A DNA stretch of 64,000 bases, taken from Mobula birostris (lineage: Eukaryota). Within the stretch, counting starts at the first letter, position 1; each line of letters opens with the position of its first letter. Below are positions 1 to 13,984 of this stretch, piece by piece. The stretch lies in assembly GCF_030028105.1 (NCBI RefSeq), contig NC_092400.1, positions 6,138,001 to 6,202,000 of the forward strand, in the 5' to 3' direction. The notes below the pieces were generated by a model. That model was given only the letters and a program-made list of their open reading frames with translations. It did not search any database and was not told the origin of the DNA. Position numbers and translations under genes: made by a program.

Positions 1-189
1 GCGGGAGAGGGGCTTTCCCCCAAGACTGCCACATCTCACATGAGAGGCACATTACTGTCTCAGGAGACATTGTAAAAACTAACTGCGAGCTAGCTTGCCC
101 TCTGCCTCTTCTCGTCGAAGCCTCTCGAGTCAAAGCCTCAAAGCTCCACTCCTTCACTGGCATCTCACGTGCAGTTTGAGTTGATGGTA

Positions 190-790
190 AGGAAGGCAAA
201 TGTAATGTGAGCATTAATTTCAAGAGGACCAGAACATGAAAGCAAGGATGTAATGCTGAGGCTGTATAAAGCATCAGTCAGGCTACACTTGGTGTATTGT
301 GAGCAGATTTGGGCCCTTATCTAAGAAAGGATGTGCTGGCCGTGGAGAGGTTCCAGAGGAGATCTCAGAAATGAACAATTTAATATTTGAAGAGCTCTTG
401 ATGTCTCTGGGCTGTACTCGTAGGAGTTTAGAAGGATGAGGGGGAGATCGCATTGAAACCTATTGAAGGTTGAAAGGCCTAGATAGAGTGGAAGGGGAGA
501 GAATGTTTCCTATAGTGGGAGAGTCTAGGACCACAGGGTACTGCCTCAGAATAGAAGGACATCCCTTTAGAACAGAGATAAGGAGAAATTTCTTTAGCCG
601 GTGGGAGGTATGTCTGTGGATTTATTGTTACGGACAGCTGTGAGGCCAATCATTCAGCATATTTAAAATGGAGTTTGATAGGTTCTTGATTAAAAAGTGC
701 ATCAAAGGTTGTGGGGAGAAGTGAGGAAAATGGGGTTGAGAGGGTTAAAAAATTGGTGAGGGTTAAAAAATTCTGCTCCAGTGTCTCATC
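190..790 (+). mobile_element. CR1-clade LINE, degenerate 3' fragment
   Basis: Decayed RT C-terminus (LRLYKA.VR.HL.YC.Q.W.PYLRKDVLA.ER) and CR1 3'UTR; similar to 5880-6525. Confidence 0.85.
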
Positions 791-1769
791 TTATCAGTTC
801 GTCAGGACATGGATTTGACACGATGGAAGACCTACAGTATTTTATCCTTAAGCTTTTGCAGTCTGAACCTAATTCTCAAAGGGCATGGTCCGAGCATAAA
901 TCTTCTGCTTTTTGGAATGAAGATAGGCACTGAATGAGGAGACTGGAGTGACAACTGGAAAATGCCTCACTGGCCAAGAAATACTGCATTCGATACTTTG
1001 GAAGAGAAGTAAAATATTGCAACAAAGTACAGAACAATTTATGTTGTTCAAGTGCTTGATAAATAACGTAAACATCCAACTTCTTTTTCCAAAGAAAATC
1101 TACACCACTGTTCATACTGGGCAGAGGAAACGTTGCCTTTTTATCTAACAATTGACTTGGTAACACTCAGTGCTGATAATGGGAGCCTGAAAAAAGAGCA
1201 AATTCTATCAACCTGCAATAATATCCCTCAGTTTAATCAGTTTTCTTAAAGATTGTTCTTAAGAATACCCAAACCCCGCATGTCATTCCAGTCATTAATA
1301 TCAATGGATTTCTCTTCTTAAAGTTGAGTTAATTCCTTTTCTTTGCTGATAAGCAGACAATACACTTCATTTCTTCAGATTATGGCAGGGGCTTATGAAT
1401 ATTAACAAGCTGATAAATAGTGCACATAGACCAGAAATTCTGCAATCAAGCACAGTGTTCACTAGAAAAGGAAAACAACAAACCAGCGAAGCAATAAGCA
1501 TTTCTAACACTATAATCTTTGGAGAGCTGTTCACCATGGGCAGATCAGCTAGTCAATAATTCTGCCTAATAGAAAGTGAGTTTAACCAGAAGTCTATTAG
1601 TTAAGGATGCATTTCATTTCCTGCTGCTTTCTGTACTCTCAAAGCTTTACTGACAGGACAGTGTGAATTAACATTGTTAAAAAGAACCTGGAATAGCTTC
1701 TTTAAAGTGAACCAGTGTGCTGCCCAGCCAACAAATTACTTTTGGACTGTAGCTGCAGGCAGTCAAAGT

Positions 1770-1900
1770 GCAAAATAACTACAGACCCTGGAACTCTCAT
1801 CTAGCAGGTTGGGCCACATCTGTGGGTGAAGGAAAAGGGTTAATGGTTCAGGCTGAGAACTTTTCTTCAGAATCAGGAAAAATGACAAAACCACGTTGAC
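1770..1900 (-). mobile_element. Old Penelope-like terminal repeat fragment
   Basis: Diverged version of the PLE end, with a degenerate hammerhead-like ctgaagaaaagttctcagcctgaacc on the minus strand. Confidence 0.45.
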
Positions 1901-2542
1901 TTAAATTGCAGAGAAGGGGTAGAGGTGAAGGAAATGTGTAATGGAGAGGTGACCAATGAGAGTGAATGGAACCAGTGTAGTGAACTGGTTGAGAGGGAGT
2001 GATTAACCACAGCCAATTTGTCTGGAGAAGGCATAAACGGGGGATGAATAAAATTGAGTCGGACAGTTCTCACACATGACAAACTGAGTAAATAATGGGT
2101 TAACCAAGATTTGGCAAGGAAGGATTAATATTGATATTAAAAAAACTAAATCGATTTGCCTTGCTGTTCTGAATAGGCGTATGGAGATTTCACGTAAATT
2201 TTATCCAGAAGGTGTCTTCTACGACAGAAGACAAGTGCCAGACTAGATTAAAAGCTGAAGACCTGGAGTGGAGCTTCTGATGCGAAGGTGCCGAACTCTC
2301 AGCCTTGCTGCCAGAAATTGATTAATGCTACCAGTGGAATTATTCCACCTGCTATCTCAGTAAAAATGTTAAACAATTTGTTTTCAGCTTCAATAACTAT
2401 CAGTAAACCATTCTGTTTCAATTATATCATGTCCTGTGGCAGTATGTTATTGCAGGTTTCGGCTGACGTAAGATTGATTTTAAAAATGACGAAGAGAATA
2501 TTACAAATGGGTCTTCTTTAAAGTGCATCTTATCTTAAATAA

Positions 2543-2853
2543 GGGCAGTAGAATAGCATAGCAGTTCACAATCAGGAATCAGGCTTGATTCCCGCCACTG
2601 TATGCAAAGAGTTTGTACGTTCTCCCTGGAGTCATGTGGGTTTCCTCCCACATTCCAAAGGTATACATGTTAGGGTTAGTAAGTTGTAGGCATATAATGT
2701 TGGCCTCAGTAGCATGGGGACACCTCATTTAGATAATAGTCTGTACTATTCCTCCTCTTACTTTAATCGAACTGTGTTGTGTCACTGACACAATCAATGC
2801 ATTTCACTGTATGTTTCAACGTATATATGACAAATAAAGCTATTCTTTATCTC
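2543..2853 (+). mobile_element. V-SINE-type tRNA-derived SINE with Rex1-like 3' tail
   Basis: V-domain-like gtttgtacgttctccct..gtgggtttcctcccacattccaaag; tail gacaaataaagctattcttt. Confidence 0.7.
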
Positions 2854-3084
2854 TAAATATAGATAGATGTTCATTGTCATTACAAATGCCACTATCAGGA
2901 CCCTTGTATACAAATAGAATTAATCCAATTAATGACTTCTTGGATTTGGATATGTTATTGAGTAATCACTTTACAGTGTAAAACTCTAAGAGAGGGAAAT
3001 AATTTCATAAAAAAGTGGATTGGGATAAAGTTCCTTCGGGTGGTCCAACAGATTATCATCATTTTAGGCTGTTCTCTGTTTCTT

Positions 3085-3640
3085 TATTCATTGTGGGTCT
3101 CCTAGGATTGAAGATGACTTGTTTCCACTCCAGCCTGATGGGTTCTGAGGTGACTGATGAAGCTAGTGATGGATCTGCACCTTTGGTGCTGACGGCTGGG
3201 CGGGTAGTTTGTGATGTCACATTCTGGGCATGGGTATCCTTGTCATTCGTGGACTTGATGTGCCATCCCGAAAGCTTCTTCTTAATTTTGAATGGTAATG
3301 GACGGGGATGCTGCACATTTTCCATGATGTTTTGAGAATGTCCTGTAATCTTTTCTTCCGTCCACCTGCTAATCTCGTTCCTTGAAGGAACTCAGAACAG
3401 CGTTTGCTTTGAGAGTCTGATGTCAGGCATGTAGCATGGCTTTGCTGTCGGTGCTGACTCTGTGTAACCGGAGATATTGGCCTGTGGGGGTGGTGGATGC
3501 TGATGTTGGTTTGCTTCTTCTACCAGTGAACTTGGAATTTTTTGTGAATTTTTAGCTGTAAGATGACTATTATTTGTAGTCTACATCTTAAAAATATACA
3601 GGTGTGAGAGAAGTGATGTGCTGGTTTTGAGGTCTTAATG
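3085..3640 (-). mobile_element. RTE-clade LINE 3' fragment
   Basis: Minus strand reads, with disruptions, MPDIRLSKQTLF...GTRLAGGRKKRLQDILKTSWKMCSI, the typical RTE C-terminal motif (RMPxxRLPK..GGQRKRFKD). Confidence 0.75.
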
Positions 3641-3684
3641 CCAAGGCTGTACTGATTCACTGAAAACACTAATGCATTTTTTTT

Positions 3685-3988
3685 CAAGCAACACACATAA
3701 AAGTTGCTGGTGAACGCAGCAGACCAGGCAGCATCTCTAGGAAGAGGTGCAGTTGACGTTTCAGGCCGAGACCCTTTGTCAGGACTAACTGAAGGAACAG
3801 CTAGTAAGAGATTTGAAAGTCGGAGGGGGAGGGGGAGATCCAAAGTGATAGGAGAAGACAGGAGGGGGAGGGATGGAGCCAAGAGCTGGACAGGTGATTG
3901 GCAAAAGGGATATGAGAGGATCATGGGACAGGAGGCCCAGGGAGAAAGAAAAGGGGAAGCCCAGAGGATGGGCAAGGGGTATAGTGAG
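3685..3988 (-). mobile_element. Penelope-like element terminal repeat (pLTR) fragment with hammerhead motif at 3750-3787
   Basis: Highly similar to the arms at 24333-24679, 25041-25383, 53950-54240 and 60960-61324. Confidence 0.85.
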
Positions 3989-4389
3989 TTTTTTTACCTT
4001 CTTTCCTGGGATGTTGAAAGTTGTTGACGTAATTTAGAATAACCTTGATGGGAAATATTAATTTTTGAACTATGATGTGAGCTATAAACATAAATGAAAC
4101 AAATTTTCTTCTGTCAGTTTAGTTGAAGTAAAGAGATTTTGAGAAATTGGATGCCAGTTTTGGGACGGTTTGGGTTTCATGATCATTTCATTTCATCTGT
4201 GCCTCCAAATCTGAGAGGTCACATAAATAGAGAGAACTGGAACCCAGTCTTGCACTGTAGTTCTCATCAATGGATTGAATTGTGTGTACAGGGAGAATAG
4301 GTGAAACCTTATGGATTTCCACTCGTCTCAAAATATTTGCTTTCAGCCTTTGGTTATCAGGGCTCGAAAGGAATGGTCAGTATTGGGGA

Positions 4390-6525
4390 AATGTGCAACA
4401 CCATTGTATAGATGCAAATTTCAAAAATCATTGCACTCTAGCATGGTGCCAGAGGACCGGAAAATTGCAAATGTCATTCCACTCTTTAAGCAAGGAGGAA
4501 GGCAGCAGAAAGGAAATTATAGACCTATTAGTCTAACCTCAGTGGATGGGAAGATGTTGGAGTCGATTGTAAAGGTTGAGGTTATGGAGTACGTGGTGAC
4601 ACAGGACAAGCTAGGACAAAGTCAGCATGGTTTCCTTAAGGGAAAATCCTGCCTGACAAACCTGTTGGAATTCTTTGAGGAGATTACAAGTTGGATAAAT
4701 AAAGGGGATGCAGTGGATGTTGTATGTTTGAACTTTAAGAAGGCCTTTGACAAAGTGCCACACATGAGGCTGCTTACAAAACTAGGAGCCCATGATATTA
4801 TTGGAAAGTTACTGGCATGGATAGAGCATTGGCTAATTGGTCAGAGGCATTGAGTGGGAATAAAAGGATCCTTTTCTGGTTGGCTGCCAGTGACTAGTGG
4901 TATTCCATAGGGGTCTGTATTGGGACCACTTCTTTTTAGATTATGAGAACACTCAGTCCTCGTTTATTGTCATTTAGAAATGCATACATGCATTAAGAAA
5001 TGATACAATGTTTCTCCGGAGTGATATCACAGAAAACAGGACAGACCAAAGACTAACACTGACAGAACCACATAATTATAACATATAGTTACAGCAGTGC
5101 AAAGCAATACCATAATTTGATGAAGAACGGACCATGGGCACAGTAAAAAAAAGTCTCAAAGTCCCGAGTCGATCGACTCCCGAGTCCCCAATAGCAAGCG
5201 GCGAAAGGAGAAACTCCCTGCCATAAACCTCCAGGCACCAATAACTTGCCGATGCCTTGGAAGCAGCTGACCCTGAGTCCATCCGTCCAAAAACTTTGAG
5301 CTTCCGACCAGCCTCTCCGATACAGCCTCCCAAGCGCCATCCTCTGCTGAGTGCCTTTGACCTCTCCCTGGCCGCTGAAACACGCAAAGCTGAGGATTTC
5401 GGGGCCTTCAGCTCCGGAGATTCTGGTTACTACACAGTAGCAGCGGCAGCGAAGGGGGCATTTCAGAAATTTTCCAGATGTTCCTCCGTACTCTCACATC
5501 TGACTCCATCAAATCAGAACTGTTCACTGTCCCCTACTTGACAGATTACAGATATTCATCACCGGAGTTTATGCTGTATAACAATGATTTAGATGATGGA
5601 ATAGATGGTTTTGTTACCAAGTTTGCAGATGATACAAAGATTGGTGGAGGGGCATGTAGTGTTGAGGAAACAGGTAGGCTGCAGAAGGACTTAGACAGAT
5701 TAGCAGAATGGGCAAGAAAGTGGCAAATGAAATGCAGTGTTGGAAAATACAGGGTCATGCATTTTGGTAGAAGAAATAAATGAGAAGGCTATTTTCAAAA
5801 TGCAGAGAAAATCCAAAAATCTGAGATACAAAGGGACTTTGAAGTCCTTGTGCAGAACAACCAAAAGGTTAACTTGCAGGTACAGTCAGTGATGAGGAGG
5901 GCAAATGCAATGTTAGCATTAATTTCAAGAGGTCTAGAATAGAACAGCAGGGATGTGATGCTGCGGCTTTATAAGGTACTGGAGTATTATGAGCAGTTTT
6001 GGGCTCCTCATCTAAGAAAAGATGTGCTGGCATTGGAGAGGGTCCAGAGGAGGTTCACAAGGATGATTCCAGGAATGAAAAGGTTACCATATGAGGACTG
6101 TTTGATGCTCTGGGTCTGTACTTGCTGGAAGGGTGAGGAGGGATCTCACTGAAACCTTCCAAATGTTGAAAGGCCTAGACATGGTAGATGTGGAAAAGGT
6201 GCTTCCCATGGTGGGGGAATCTAGGACAAGAGGGCACAGCCTCAGGATAGAGGGGTGTCCATTTAAAACAAAGATTTTCTTTAGCCAGAGTGTGGTGAAT
6301 TTGTGGAATTTGTTACCACAGGCAGATGTGGAGGCCTGTTTGTTGGGTGTACTTAGGGCAGAGATTGATAGGTTCTTGATTAGACATGGCATCAAAGGTT
6401 ATGGGGAGAAGGCCGGGGAGTGGAGCTGAGAGGAAAAATGGATTGGCAATGATTGAATGACAGAGCAGACTCAGTGGGCTAGATGGCCTAATTCTGCTCT
6501 TATTTCTCATGGTCTTATGGTCTAA
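4390..6525 (+). mobile_element. CR1 LINE, 5'-truncated RT region, interrupted at about 4937-5567
   Basis: ORFs contain GNYRPISLTS, QHGFLKGKSCLTNLLEFFE, KFADDTKIGG and RRFTRMIPG; 3' tail ttctcatggtcttatggtc. Confidence 0.95.
4937..5567 (-). mobile_element. Non-autonomous retroelement with Rex1-like 3' tail, inserted in CR1
   Basis: Interrupts CR1 between GPLLF and LYNNDLDDG; minus-strand 3' end has gacaataaac; GC-rich non-coding body. Confidence 0.6.
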
Positions 6526-7554
6526 ACACGTAGATATTATAAGTATATGTGCATTATCATGTTCTTTTTTTATGTATCATATGATCTTCTCCAAGTTGTA
6601 TCAGGTAATTGTTCAGAATTCATGTTGTTTCAGTTGATACAATTTCTGAAAAATGATTGAGCAAAGAATAGTTTCAGTTCTTCTTCTCATCCACTTTTAA
6701 ATGGGAAAATGTTAAGGTCCATTTGTGCAGTACACAAGCATTGAAGCAATTTTTTGCTTAAGACTGATCAAACATCATTATGAAACATGGACTTACAGCA
6801 GTTCTTCTGAACCAGGGAACTACAACACACTCCACAGCTCAAAGGTAATTCAAAGAAAGGTATGGCCAACTTTCATTCAATCCAAATTGGAGAGAAAGAT
6901 TGTGGAAAGCAATTTCAGATAAAGGAAACAACAGAAGTCACAAGCAGAAGAGATTTAGCCTGCATGATAAAAGTTGTGGATTGGGTCCTCCCGACTGTTT
7001 GGAGGTGAGAAGATGGGAAACCAATGAAGTAACAGAGATGTTCTCTTCTGAGAATCATCAAACTTGGTTAGAAATTCAGAATAGAATCACACAGATCACT
7101 TTTTCCTGGCTCAGAGAATAGCGAAGAAGACGAAGTGACTATGTTACTGAAGTAAATCCACATTTTTCAATAAAAGCCAATACAGATTTATGATGATAGT
7201 CAAGATGAGACAAATCACTGAGTCCTGAGGTGGATGGCACTATATTCAATAAAATCAACAGATGTAGCATCAAATCTGTTGTGAAGATCATGGGGTACAA
7301 TAATGGATAACTCAGTTAGATTTTGAGGCAATTTAAATCAGCTAATATTTTTATCGAAAAAAGGAAACATAATTTATGTAAATATATACAATACATTCAT
7401 CTCTAGTAATATAAGCAAGTACAGTTTGAATCAAATGTGCATAAATCAGTCACACCTTGTCTTCATGTTTTATGTCTATTATGCCATGGACTTCATTAAA
7501 CATAAAGAATCTGCAGAATGAACGTTCTTTTTAACTGGTTTATATTTAAGTGAA

Positions 7555-7800
7555 CCAGGTGACAATTGAGATGTTTTCAGATGATATCAAAATTGTTTGT
7601 GTTTATTTAGTGGTCAGGAAGAATGTTCTCAGTTACTAGAACATAATGGTGGACAGTTTCGCCTGCTCACTTATGGTATGTGGAGTTCAACGAGGTAAGT
7701 AGTGAATTAGTGCCCTTGGGGAGGACAAACAAGACAATGGAACACACAGTAGATGGTAGGAACCGAAGAAGTATGAATGAAGAGAATTACCCACTAAGTA
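7555..7800 (+). mobile_element. Old CR1 RT fragment
   Basis: Decayed FSDDIKI and MEFN..LGRTN segments. Confidence 0.5.
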
Positions 7801-7889
7801 GGGAAATGGAGGGAGAGAAAGTGATTTTGGAAGCATATGGAATATGTCGAGTCTCTCAAAAGCAGCGGTGGAGGAGTATGCCTCAAGAT

Positions 7890-10375
7890 CAACTCCTCTT
7901 CATGAGCAAATGTTATCAGTGTTTTCCAATTCTGCTCACCATACCTGGAATATCTCGCAATTCAGTGGCGTCCATTTTGCCTGCCACGAGAGATTTCTGC
8001 GATCACTTTGGTTACGGTGTACATTCCACCCCAGGCCAATGTCAATCAAGCTCTAGAAGTTCTGAGCAATGGGATCAACTTGCATGAAACAACACACCCT
8101 GATGCCTTCGCCATCATTTTGGAGCATTTTAACCAGGCCAGGCTGAAAAAGTCACTAAATAATTACCATCAACAAATCACACATAGCACCAGAGGAAACA
8201 ACACCATCATCAGGAATGCTTACCATGCTATTCCACACTCTCACTTTGGAAAGTCTGCTCACCTAGCTGTACTTCTACTCCCTGAGTATCGACAGAGACT
8301 GAATACTGCAGCTCAGGTAGTGAAGGCCAAGAAGGTATGGACAAGGGAAGGACGAGAGCACCTTCAAATGCTTTGAATCAGTAGACTGGACAGTATTCAG
8401 GGATTCATCTTCGAATCTGGATGAGTATGCCACAGTTGTTACCAACTCCATTAAAACCTGTGTGGATGAGTGTGTGCCTCTAAAAACTTGCTGTACATTA
8501 CCAAACCGTAAGCCATAGGTGAACTAGGAGGCTCATCGTAGGTGGAGGGTAGATCTGTGGCATTTAAGTCTGGTGACCCGGGTCTGTACAAGGAAGTTAG
8601 GTATGGCTTGTAAAGGGTTATTTCAAGAGCAAAGAAACAATTCTGAGTGAGGTTGGAAACAACATCGAATGCATTTCAACTCTGGCAGGGTTTGCAAGAC
8701 GTTACCTCCTACAAAGCAAAACCCAATAGCATGAATGACAGTGATGCTTCACTACCAGATCAGTTCAATGCCTTCTATGTCTGCTTTGAAAAGGAGAATA
8801 TAACTGCAACTGTGAAGATCCTTGCTGCTCCCAGTGACCCTGTGATCTCTGTCTCAGAGGCCAATGTTTTGAACGAGGGTAAACCCTGATGGTAAGGCTC
8901 TGAAAGCTCATGCCAACCATTTGGCGGGAGTATTCAAGGACATTTGCTATGGTCAGAAGTTCCCATCTGCCTGAAAAGGGCAATAATTATACCAGTGCCT
9001 AAGAAGAGTAGTGTGAGCTGTCTTAATGACTATCACCCAGTAGCACACAATTCTCCGGTGATGAAATGCTTTGAGAGGTTGGTCATGGTTAGAATGAACT
9101 TCCACCTCCGCAAAGACCTGGACCCACTGCAATTTGCCTATTGCTATAATAGGTCTACAGCAAACACAATCTCACTGGCACTTACACAGCCTTAGATCAC
9201 CTGGACAATATAAACACCTATCTCAGGATGCTGTTCGTTGACTAGAACTCAGTGTTTAACACCATCATCATTACAGTCCTGATCGACAAACCACAGAACC
9301 TGGGCTTCTGTACCTTCCTTGGCAATTGGATCCTTGACTTCCTAATCGGAAGAACACATTCTGTGCAGATTGTTTATAATATTTCTTCCTTGCTGACGAT
9401 CAACAGTGGCACATCTCAGGGATGTGTGCTTAGCCCGCTGCTCTACTCCCTCTACACCCATGACTGTACGGCTAGGCATTGCTCAAATACCATCTATTAA
9501 TTTGCTGATGATACAACCATTGTTGGTAGAATCTCAGATGGAGATGAGAGGGCGTACAGGAGAGAGATAATTGAGTGGTGCAGCAGCAACAACCTGGCAC
9601 TCAACGTCAGTAAGACGAAAGACCTGATTGTGGACTTCAGGAAGGGTAAGACGAAGGAACAAGAACCAATCTTCATAGAGGGTTCAGAAGTGGGGAGAGT
9701 GAGCAATTTCAAGTTCCTGTGTGTCAAGATCTCTGAGGATCTAACCTGGTTCCAACATATCGATGCAGCTGTAAAGAAGGCAAGGCAGCAGCTATATTTC
9801 ATTAAGAGTTGAAAAGATTTCTATAGATGTACGATGGAGAGCATTCTGACAGACTGCATCTCTATCTGGTATAGGGGGGGGTGCTACTGTACAGGACTGA
9901 AAGAAGCTACAGGAAGTCTCTATCTTGGGTACTAGCTTCCATAGTATCCAGGACATCTTCAAGGAGTGGTGCCTCAGAAAGGCGACATCCATTATTAAGG
10001 ACCCTCATCACCCAGAGCCTGCCTTCTTCTCATTGTTACTGTCAGGTGGGAGAAACAGAAGCCTGAAGGCACACACTCAGTGATTTAGGAACAACTTCTT
10101 CCCCTCTGCCATATGATTCCTAAATGGACATTGAACCCATGAACACTACCTCACTTTTTATCTTTTAAAAAAAATATTATTTCTCTTTTTGCAGTATTTA
10201 AAATCTATTCTATATATATATATACTGTAGTTGATTTACTTGGCTATTTCTTTATTTATTTTTCTTTTTTATATTATCATGTATTGCATTGAACTGTTGC
10301 TGCTAAGTTAATAAATTTCACGAATGGTGCCGTGAAAATAAACCTGATTTTGATTCTGATGAATGTTCTGATTCT
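7890..10375 (+). mobile_element. Rex1/Babar-clade LINE, long degenerate copy (APE C-terminus plus RT)
   Basis: [52 protein letters not shown] and FADDTT; 3' end aataaacctgattttgattctga; many stops and frameshifts. Confidence 0.93.
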
Positions 10376-11662
10376 GATATGGAATACTTTGTTGGCCAAG
10401 ATGTAGAATAAAAGAGCAAAATCCTCAGATTCCTGCTGAAAATGATTTAACTAAAGAGGAGTTGAGGCCAGCACATATCAACCATGATCATATGAAATTG
10501 TGGGACAGTCTTGAGGGGCCTGTTAGTCTACTTCTGCTCCTATTTTCTTGTCTTCTTGTGTATGAAACATTAGACAACAGCCAGAGTACTTGTGTATTGT
10601 TCTGGTCACCATGGTTCAAGGAGGATGCAACAATACTTGAAAGGTGCAGAACAGAATTATTAGTTTGCCAAGACCATTGAATTATAAATGTGAAAAAGCA
10701 ACTGACTGTCCTGGGATCAATACCTTTGGAGCACAGTGGGGAGAAATAACTGAGATGAGCAAAATTATGAGACACCCAGACCAGGGTAAACAGTGATTTA
10801 ATTCACATAGTAAATAAGGACCATACATTAAAGTTAATTGTGTCACAGAGCCAAGCAGCACTGAAACAGGCTCTTCGGCCCGTCTAGTCAATGCCGACCT
10901 GTTTTTTGTTTTTACTGCCTATTTCCAACTGCCAGTACCATAGCCTCCATATATCTTCCATCCATGTCATCACCCAAATTTCTCTTTCTTGTCTAAATCG
11001 AACCCACATCCACCACTTCCACTGGCAGCTCATTCCACACTCTCAACAAACTCTGAGTGAAGAATTTCCCTTCAGATTCCCCTCAAATATTTCACCTTTC
11101 ACCCTGATGAAATGTCCAATATGGGGGTAAGAGGGAAGATGGGGTGGAGAGGGAGGGCAGAACAGAGGGGCCGAGGCTGATTGGGGACAAAGAAACAGAG
11201 GGGAATGTTTATACATACTGTTTTTCAAAAACATAATTGTTTGAACTTACTTCAATTGGTACGAGATTTTTAGGGGAGTTATTAGAGAACAGTTTTATTG
11301 CGGGGATCACTGCCTGATGAGGTGGTGGAGGCTGAAACGCTTTGTAAAGAGAGGCATTTGATGAGCTATGGACCAAGACCGGGGAGTGACACTAACCTAA
11401 AGTTCATTAACTTAGTCTGACGTAAACAGTTGGCCACATGCTATGGTGTAATTTTCGGAGCCTGTGATTGCAAAGTCACCAAGAAAAGGCTTTCACTGTA
11501 AAAGCGTAACTCCAAGACAGAGAATTTAAGACGGCCTCAGACTCCAAATGCTTCAGTGAACTGGCTGATGAACTTTTCTCACTGTTAATGAATACAAGCC
11601 TCCTAAATATTAAGCTTCAGCAGGATGTCTTAAACCTTACTCAGAACTGTAATGGAAATGTC

Positions 11663-12192
11663 CAGTCAGTGGCCACTTTATGTGCATGATATTCTGCTGT
11701 CCCACCCTATCCACTTAAATGTTCAATGTGTTGTGCATTCAGAGATGCTCTTCTGTACACCACTGTTGTAACACGTGGTTATCTGAGTTACTGTTGCCTT
11801 CCTGTCAGCTTAAAACAGTCTGGCCAATCTCTTCTGACCTCTCTCATTAACAAGGCATTTTCACCCGCAGAGCTGCCGCACAATAGATTTTTTTTTTGTT
11901 TATTGCACCATTCTCTATAAACTCCAGAGACTGTTGTGTCTGAAAATCCCAGGAGATCAGCAAAGTCCGAGATACTCAAACCACCCTGTCTGGCACCAAC
12001 AATCATTCCACAGTCAAAGTCAATTAGATCAAATTTCTTTCCCATTTTGTTGTTTTGTTTGAAAAACAACTGAATCTCTTGACCATGTTGGTATGCCTTC
12101 ATGCATTGAATTGCTGCCTCACAATTGGCTGATTATATGTTTGCGTTAATGAGCAAGTGTACAGGTGTACCTAATAAAGTGGCCACTGAGTG
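11663..12192 (-). mobile_element. Non-autonomous Tc1-like DNA transposon
   Basis: TIRs cagtcagtggccacttta / taataaagtggccactgagtg followed by TA; minus ORF MGKKFDLIDFDCGMIVGARQGGLSIS..ADLLGFS.TTVS.VYREW is a Tc1 N-terminal HTH. Confidence 0.9.
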
Positions 12193-12263
12193 TAATTGTA
12201 TTTGGAACTGCCTTCATGGGTCACTGGGTTGTGAGAAATGGGTGCCACTCTCCCTCTCTTTAG

Positions 12264-12595
12264 CAATGTTCCCTCTAATTTGTAATGCTCAGTGTGCACA
12301 AAAATCTTGTGCTGTGCAATTTTTTGCCCGGTGACAATAACATGTGCAGACTGAATACTTTCTTCAATTAAAAACAGTATAAGTAAGCCAGTTCTAAAAT
12401 CTGCCAACAAATCATTGCAAACTCTATGTTGTCAGCACCGTCTGCATCAGAAACTGCAGAAGGAAATGTGATTGTGTACGATTATGAAATATAATTAACA
12501 TGCCGATGAAGTGGAAGGTTACAGCTGTTTGGTGCGCAGTTTAAGTTCCTTTGTGCGCCAGTAGCGCACACACACACACTTTAGAGGGACCGTTG
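12264..12595. mobile_element. hAT-like MITE
   Basis: Imperfect TIRs caatgttccctctaa / ttagagggaccgttg; no clear TSD. Confidence 0.6.
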
Positions 12596-12889
12596 CAACT
12601 TTCTTTTCCAAATACTTGTCCTTTCCCCCCCCCCACTCCAGTCAATGCCTCATGTAGCAGGAGGGTCTTAAGAAATCACAATGTGCCAGTAACAGGCATG
12701 TCCCATTAATCCAAACTGGTCTGACTTTGCTGATACTCCGAATGCATGCTGCATATGTAGATGACATCTGGTATTTGTTCTGCCATGCATCACATTTCAT
12801 TGACTTACCAAGTTAAACACCAATGTTTGCAGCATACCTGGACAGATTTCAGCAAACTCTCTACTACCAATATTAGCACCTTGCTTAAG

Positions 12890-13170
12890 ATTCAAGATTG
12901 TTTAACGTGCACAAGTGAAGGAGAACAAAGTAATTGATTCTCCAGATCTGATGCAGCACAAACAAAAACACAATAAGATAAAGAACATAATAATAAAAAA
13001 ATCACAATAAATATAAATACATAAGCTAGCTAATATACATAGATTGAATGTATGTGCATAAAGTGACACTAGGCACAGGAGTGTTTGTGTAGAAAGCACC
13101 TCTGACAGGAAGTGATAAAAGTAGAGTGGTGGGGTGGGTTTTGTGTTTGGAGTTGTTCGTCAGCCTCGGG
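12890..13170 (-). mobile_element. Rex1-type 3' end fragment
   Basis: Minus-strand tail (ttaagattcaagattgtttaa on +) followed by an A-rich body typical of these 3'UTRs. Confidence 0.5.
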
Positions 13171-13984
13171 AAAAGCGTCTTGCGTTGACTTTATTTTGTA
13201 AAAACAGATTATTTTTCAGTAATCTCCTTTTAGACTCTGCAATGTTTGATGTCTTTGGGCTAAAAAATCTCTATATTGACTACATTGATATCACGCAGCA
13301 ACAATGCTCTAATTAATATTAATAAGCTTTGTGTTTCTTAAGTGCTTAATTAATGAGATACAACTTTTCCTTTGCCAGTTCAATAATAATTTAAGGCATA
13401 TTTTGATTTCTCTCATTCAAAGTGATTATAACAGAACGTGAGAGCAATGTAGTAATTGAGAAGTATTCAGGCCTCTGAGATGGTTTATTGCATTATTTTA
13501 TTTAATCCACTTGTGCGAATTCAGCTCACATTTGTTTCTGGGTATTCTGAAGCTGCTATTCAAGCAGCTTGTGCTGTGGAGTTTTGGCAATACCCTTGTT
13601 GGTTTGGAATGTAGAAATGTTATTTTTCTTGTAGCTTAACTTTCCTGTGCTTTCTTGTAATTTTACGTAGTCGCTTATGAGCATGTAATTATTCAGTGAA
13701 TTTTCCAGTGACTGCAGCACAGTAGCTTCCGATTTTTCTAGAAACTTCTTAGTTTTCAGTAACAGGTGTCACAACACTCGAATTTGACTATTTTATAGGT
13801 TAATTGTTATCAAATAGATTTCTTGATTATCTTGAGTCTGAGTACAAGAAGACCACAACTACTCTTTCCTTTGTCCTTTTCTGTTCAATCTTTATTCATG
13901 TAACACTTAATAAACTAGCTAACAATAGTTCTATGCCTCATTCTTCACTTCTGAAGAAGCTATGGATCACAAAAGAATGGGGGG

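Noticed and set aside
3520-4027. Recurrent ORFs MLVNAAGQAASLGRG.. / MILSYP..QLLAPSLPLL.. in several copies
   Set aside because: These are translations of the non-coding Penelope terminal repeat, not a gene family.
6780-6845. YNTL-containing stretch before a GT, as the possible missing upstream kremen1 exon
   Set aside because: It lacks kringle cysteines and the DYRG and HNYC motifs.
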